Assembly: GCA_951406725.2 (NCBI GenBank)
Contig: OX597828.1
Coordinates: 21,080,001 to 21,144,000 of the forward strand
Length of the DNA: 64,000 nucleotides
Direction: 5' to 3'
Source: Octopus vulgaris
Taxonomy: Eukaryota
Each line of letters begins with the position of its first letter. The first letter of the stretch is position 1. The notes beneath the pieces are model-generated. The model worked only from the letters and a program-made list of their open reading frames with translations. It made no database searches and was not told where the DNA came from. Made by a program: the position numbers and the translations under genes. Of the stretch, positions 62,290 through 64,000 are shown piece by piece.

Positions 62290-63592
62290 GTCACGTGGTT
62301 TGTTGTGATGCTCTTATGGTTACTGTATTGAAAGTGTTTTGCGTAGGATGTGTGCAGTGCCCAGTAGTGCAATTTTGTGTATGTTATATATATTTGTAAG
62401 TCCTGGTGTTTTTGTTGTGTATTTGTCTGAATATTTTTTTATCATACCTAATGCGCTTACTATGACAGGAATGACAGGAATTGTTTCTGTTTTTAAATAC
62501 CACATTTGAGTTACCTCTATTTCCAGATCTTTGTATTTTGATAATTTCTCCATTTCTTTTTGAGAAACGTTGTCATCTACTGGTATTGATACATCAGTTA
62601 GAAAGCATTTTTTTTCATCGTGACTCTGACAACTATATCTGGCCTATTGGCCTTAATTTCTCTATCTGTGTGTATTGGCATATCCCATAGTATGGTTGCT
62701 TTCTCGTTTTCTGTGACCTTTTCTGGCGTGTGCTTATACCATCTTTCTTCTGTTGTCATTCCATAGTGTTGTCATAGCTTCCAGTGTATGTAGGTTCCAA
62801 CTCTATCGTGTTTGTGAATATATTCCTTCTTAGCCAGGACTGGGCAGCCAGAGATAATATGATTTATTGTTTCTTGTCCATCTCCACATATTCTGTAGTT
62901 AGTCGTTATGTTTCTTTTCATTATATGTTTTTCGTAATTTCTGGTGGGGGGGCTTTAGTCTCGTGCTGCAATTAAAAATCCCTCAGTCTCTGCTTTGAGT
63001 CCTGAGCTTCTCAACCATTTCTGGAATTTTTCTCTGTCTATCTCTTTTGCGTTTAGTTTAGCCCAGTATTTGCCATGAAGGGGCTTTTCTTGCCATCATT
63101 TTATCAAGGTCCATTGCTATTCTAGTTTTAGTTTGGATTTCATTTGTTTTATAGCTTTTGTTTCTTCTTCTTCTTCTTCTTCTTCTTCTTCTTCTTCTTC
63201 TTCTTCTTCTTCTTCTTCTTCTTCTTCTTCTTCTTCTTCTTCTTCTTCTTCTTCTTCTTCTTCATATTTGTTAAGTTGTATGACTTCTTGTTTGTATTTG
63301 TCAGCTTCCTTAAATACTAAAAACAGCTTTTTGTGTTGCTCGTATTTTGTGGCTATTTGTATTAGTTTTCCTTGCTTTTGAAGTAGATATTTTTGCAGTC
63401 CTATGGTGGTTATTTTATAATAGTTTCCCAGCTATATAAGGCCTCTACCACCTTCGATACGTTGTATATATAGCCTTTCTAAGTCACATTTTGGGTGGTG
63501 CATCCCAGATCCTGTCATTATTTTTCTTGTTTTCCTGTCTATTTAGGTTAGTTCATTTAGTGTCCAGTTAAGGATATTGTAGCTGTAACTTA
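62290..63592 (-). mobile_element. R4/Dong-type LINE fragment with an in-frame (GAA)34 expansion at 63162-63263
   Basis: HHPK..RLYIQRIEGGRGL, KPLHGKY, RPDIV, KLSKYKDLEIEV..LGTAHILRKTL*. Confidence 0.85.
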
Positions 63593-64000
63593 TATAGAGC
63601 AGCGGACAATTTACCTTCCCGTATTTGAAACCGTTCTTTACATTCTGTGTTCGAATCCTACCGAGGTCAGTTTTATCTTTTGTTCTTCAAAGGTCGATAA
63701 AATAAAGTACCAATCAATTACCAGTCGATGGTATCGACTAAATCTATACCTTTCAAAATTGCTGGCTTTGACCCTGAATCAGACGTCAGTATTAAGGGAG
63801 CCCAGGGTACAATAAGAAAAAAGACACCTTCTAATAACTATTTACGCCTTTGTATGTTTCGTGTTCGAATCTCACCGATGTTGAACTGCGCATTTTCTAT
63901 ATATCAGGATTTTGTTATGATAAAACATCAATCAAATATTGGCGGGAGTCGATTTCATAGTTTTATAAAAACACCTTGGATGTGAATGGAATTATAATTA

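Noticed and set aside
1-64000. Functional link between CHAF1A and SNAPC3 as a system
   Set aside because: Convergent adjacency alone gives no evidence of co-function; conserved synteny cannot be assessed from this window.

Overview
Repeat-rich, AT-rich animal genomic DNA. The SINE, LINE and microsatellite content suggests a cephalopod (Octopus-like) genome; this is an inference. Two spliced genes were reconstructed by hand from GT-AG sites and reading-frame phase, and they converge tail to tail. (1) The 3' part of CHAF1A (CAF-1 p150) on +: 11 coding exons, 1848-24793, about 831 aa in the window, with its 5' exons upstream of the window. (2) An apparently complete SNAPC3 (SNAP50) CDS on -: 9 coding exons, 44702 down to 29763, about 388 aa. 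The rest is mostly transposon-derived: several tRNA-headed SINE families, R4/Dong-type, RTE, CR1 and Tx1-like LINE fragments, a mariner relic, TTAA-, TA- and 8-bp-TSD MITEs, two Helitrons, a Helentron-like element and large foldbacks. The most unusual signal is a tRNA-headed SINE-like family (4 copies) whose 3' half carries a minimal Penelope-type type I hammerhead ribozyme. Two further unrelated hammerhead-like motifs with a CCGANGA core are also present. All calls come from reading the sequence; no database search or folding program was run.
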